DNA of 64,000 bases from a virus. A program made the translations under genes and the position numbers. Position 1 is the stretch's first letter. Each line of letters begins with the position of its first letter. The stretch is taken from IMG/VR virus record IMGVR_UViG_3300029305_006397; one strand, given 5' to 3'. Of the stretch, positions 61,567 to 64,000 are shown in pieces. The notes beneath the pieces are model-generated. The model made no database searches. It was given only the letters and a program-made list of their open reading frames with translations, and was not told the origin of the DNA.

Positions 61567-62595
61567 ATGGCAAGTTCCGGCAATAAGCCATTGAGAAAAA
61601 AAGAGGCCATTGCTACGCCAGAAACAATGAATTGTTTGCGATGCAATAAGCCTTTTGATAGAGATATTTTTTATGATTCAGATAGTGAACAATTTCAGTC
61701 CGTTGGCAAAATCCCTTATTGTAAGGAATGTCTGGATGAAATGCGCCGACAGAATGTAAAGAAGTATAAGAACTTAGGTTATCGTAATTATGAGCGTAAA
61801 GCAGTTGAGCGAGTTTGCATGATGCTTGATTTGTATTATGCCGATAAGATTTTTGATGCCGCAATTGGAGAAAAAGAGAAGTGTCCAGACACACCGTTTA
61901 TGTCTTGCTACATGAAACATGTAAAGCTATACCAATATCGAAAAAAGGATTACAACTCTACAATTGCAGACAGATACAAAGAGGCAAAAGATAGCATACC
62001 AATTATGTCGATGAACATGCTTGAAGATGAAAAGGTAGAAGAAGAACTTCGAAAAGCGGAACAGTTTTTTGGAAGTGGGTTTGAACCTGAAGATTATAAG
62101 TTTCTTTATGATCAATATACGGACTGGACAACCAGGCATGAATGCGAAACAAAGTCTCAGGAAGAGATGTTTAAATCGATCTGCTTTACCCAGTTGGATT
62201 TGCTGAAAGCAAATCGAATGGGATTAGACACAAAGGATTTGAATTTTACTTTTTTGAAGCAGCTTGAAGCTGCAAAGCTGCAGCCCAAGCAAAATGCAAG
62301 CGAAACTGTGGCGGACACTCAAACATTTGGTACTTTAATTGATAAATGGGAAAACACCCGGCCCATACCAGAAATCGATGAAGAATTGCGGGATGTTGAC
62401 AAAATCGGCCTTTATATAGATGTATTTTTCAGGGGACATTTGGCAAAAATGATGGGCTTGAAAAATGGCCTATCTAATTTGTATACGAAGTTTATTGAAA
62501 AGTATACTGTAAAGAAGCCTGAATATAAAGATAATGAGGACGGAGAAGCCTTGTTTGATATGATTTTTGGAAGATCGGATTTGGGCGATAATTAA
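61567..62595 (+). CDS. hypothetical protein, position suggests small terminase or packaging partner
   Basis: N-terminal CLRC...CKEC zinc ribbon; stop overlaps terminase ATG. Confidence 0.3.
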   Translation: MASSGNKPLRKKEAIATPETMNCLRCNKPFDRDIFYDSDSEQFQSVGKIPYCKECLDEMRRQNVKKYKNLGYRNYERKAVERVCMMLDLYYADKIFDAAIGEKEKCPDTPFMSCYMKHVKLYQYRKKDYNSTIADRYKEAKDSIPIMSMNMLEDEKVEEELRKAEQFFGSGFEPEDYKFLYDQYTDWTTRHECETKSQEEMFKSICFTQLDLLKANRMGLDTKDLNFTFLKQLEAAKLQPKQNASETVADTQTFGTLIDKWENTRPIPEIDEELRDVDKIGLYIDVFFRGHLAKMMGLKNGLSNLYTKFIEKYTVKKPEYKDNEDGEALFDMIFGRSDLGDN

Positions 62596-64000
62596 TGGCT
62601 GATGATTTAAGAAAAACAAAATCAGAAAGACAGATCGCAAATGAAAAATCGAGAAGGATATTAGAGGGTGTAGCATATTGGTGTTCATTTTACAGGCATA
62701 ATCCGCATCGTTTCGCAAAGGATTATTTGAACATCACTTTGAAATTATTTCAGAAAATATTACTATATGCGATGATGTGCAATACGCACTTTATGTTTTG
62801 GGCAAGCCGTGGCTTGGGTAAAACCTGGCTAACGGCTTTGTTTTGTGTGGTTCGTTGCATTTTATTTCCCAAGACAAAAATATGCGTAGCATCTTCTACT
62901 CGAACGCAAGCAAACGAAGTTCTATCAAAGATCGTTGACGATTTCATGAAGAACTATGATTGGGGATCGGAGAATTTACGGCGAGAAGCATCATATTTCA
63001 ATGTTGGTGCAAATAAGGCCGAGATACATTTTTATAATGGTTCATGGATCAAGGTTGTAACTGCTGGCGATACAGGACGCGGTAATCGCGCCAATATCTT
63101 GATCGTAGACGAATTTAGAATGGTTGATAAAGACACTATTGATACTGTTCTTAAAAAATTTCTTACATCATCAAGGCAACCTGCTTATTTGAACTTACCA
63201 TCTTATAAAGATAAAGATGAATACATGGAGAGTAATATTGAGATTTACATGAGTTCATGCTGGTATAAGAGCCATTGGAGTTATAGCAAATCTCAGGCGT
63301 ATACAGTGAATTTACTTGGAGCCAGAGATAGATACTTTGTTTGCGCCCTCCCCTATCAGATTGCAATTAAAGAAATGCTTCTGAAACGATCCGATGTAGA
63401 AGATGAAATGAGCGAAACCGATTTTGATGAAACGAAGTTTAATATGGAAATGGGATGTTTGCCATTTGGAGATACAGATGGCGCATTTTTTACCTATGAC
63501 GATGTTTCGCAAAGACGTAGATTAAAAACGGCTGTATATCCCACGACTTTGGTTGGCAATAGCAGAAATTTGAAGATTCCTGAAGTTGCGACCAATGAAC
63601 GCAGAATACTGTCTGTTGACGTTGCACTGATGGCGTCAAAGAAAACGAAAAATGACGCCAGCAGCATTATTATAAATAGCGCAATTCCGACAAATAATAA
63701 TAGTTACACATCAAATATTGTTTATTTGGAAAATCACGAAGGATTAAATACGGATGAACTTGCTTTGATCGTGAGACGATTATTTGAAATGTACAAATGT
63801 ACAGATTTGGTTATAGATACTAATGGTTCCGGCCTTGGAGTTTACGACAAATTGATTCAAGACATGGTTGATCCGGCAACTGGAGAACTTTATCGAGCTC
63901 TGAGTTGTTGTAATGATAAAGTAATGGCCGAAAGATGCAAAGTGCCAAATGCAAAGAAAGTAATTTGGAGCATAAAGGCTACAGCTTCATTTAATAATGA
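62595..64000 (+). CDS. terL: terminase large subunit (partial, runs off right edge)
   Basis: own translation MADDLRKTKSERQ...; Walker A ASRGLGKTW, Walker B ILIVDEF, downstream nuclease-like region; absent from track because no stop in window. Confidence 0.8.
   Translation, partial: MADDLRKTKSERQIANEKSRRILEGVAYWCSFYRHNPHRFAKDYLNITLKLFQKILLYAMMCNTHFMFWASRGLGKTWLTALFCVVRCILFPKTKICVASSTRTQANEVLSKIVDDFMKNYDWGSENLRREASYFNVGANKAEIHFYNGSWIKVVTAGDTGRGNRANILIVDEFRMVDKDTIDTVLKKFLTSSRQPAYLNLPSYKDKDEYMESNIEIYMSSCWYKSHWSYSKSQAYTVNLLGARDRYFVCALPYQIAIKEMLLKRSDVEDEMSETDFDETKFNMEMGCLPFGDTDGAFFTYDDVSQRRRLKTAVYPTTLVGNSRNLKIPEVATNERRILSVDVALMASKKTKNDASSIIINSAIPTNNNSYTSNIVYLENHEGLNTDELALIVRRLFEMYKCTDLVIDTNGSGLGVYDKLIQDMVDPATGELYRALSCCNDKVMAERCKVPNAKKVIWSIKATASFNN

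Overview
The window looks like part of a large dsDNA phage or prophage of a low-GC Gram-positive host, judged by strong GGAGG Shine-Dalgarno sites, tiny tiled genes and no cellular housekeeping genes. Positions 1-51.4 kb form one long minus-strand block. It carries replication and nucleotide genes (DnaB-like fragment, Sak4-like ATPase, SSB-like protein, deoxyribosyltransferase-like protein, YopX), an HNH homing endonuclease, an HD protein plus a cysteine desulfurase, and LemA. It also holds an 11-gene tRNA island, RtcB RNA ligase, an integrase module and about 90 very small genes. Positions 51.4-53.5 kb are a divergent control hub with sigma70-like promoters, palindromic operators, iteron-like repeats and GC-rich structured segments. 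Positions 53.5-64 kb run on the plus strand and encode a YonO-like single-subunit RNA polymerase, an HU-like protein, a second island of 10 tRNAs, a metallophosphoesterase and the large terminase. The most striking signal is at 46.5-51.05 kb. Six type-I hammerhead and two pistol self-cleaving ribozymes sit exactly between consecutive small genes. Several unassigned structured elements occupy equivalent positions. The same genome encodes RtcB and a cyclic-phosphate receiver-type domain. Other notable signals are a roughly 20-nt motif repeated at 10 sites (candidate phage promoter), aberrant tRNA-like elements, and a candidate antisense sRNA.
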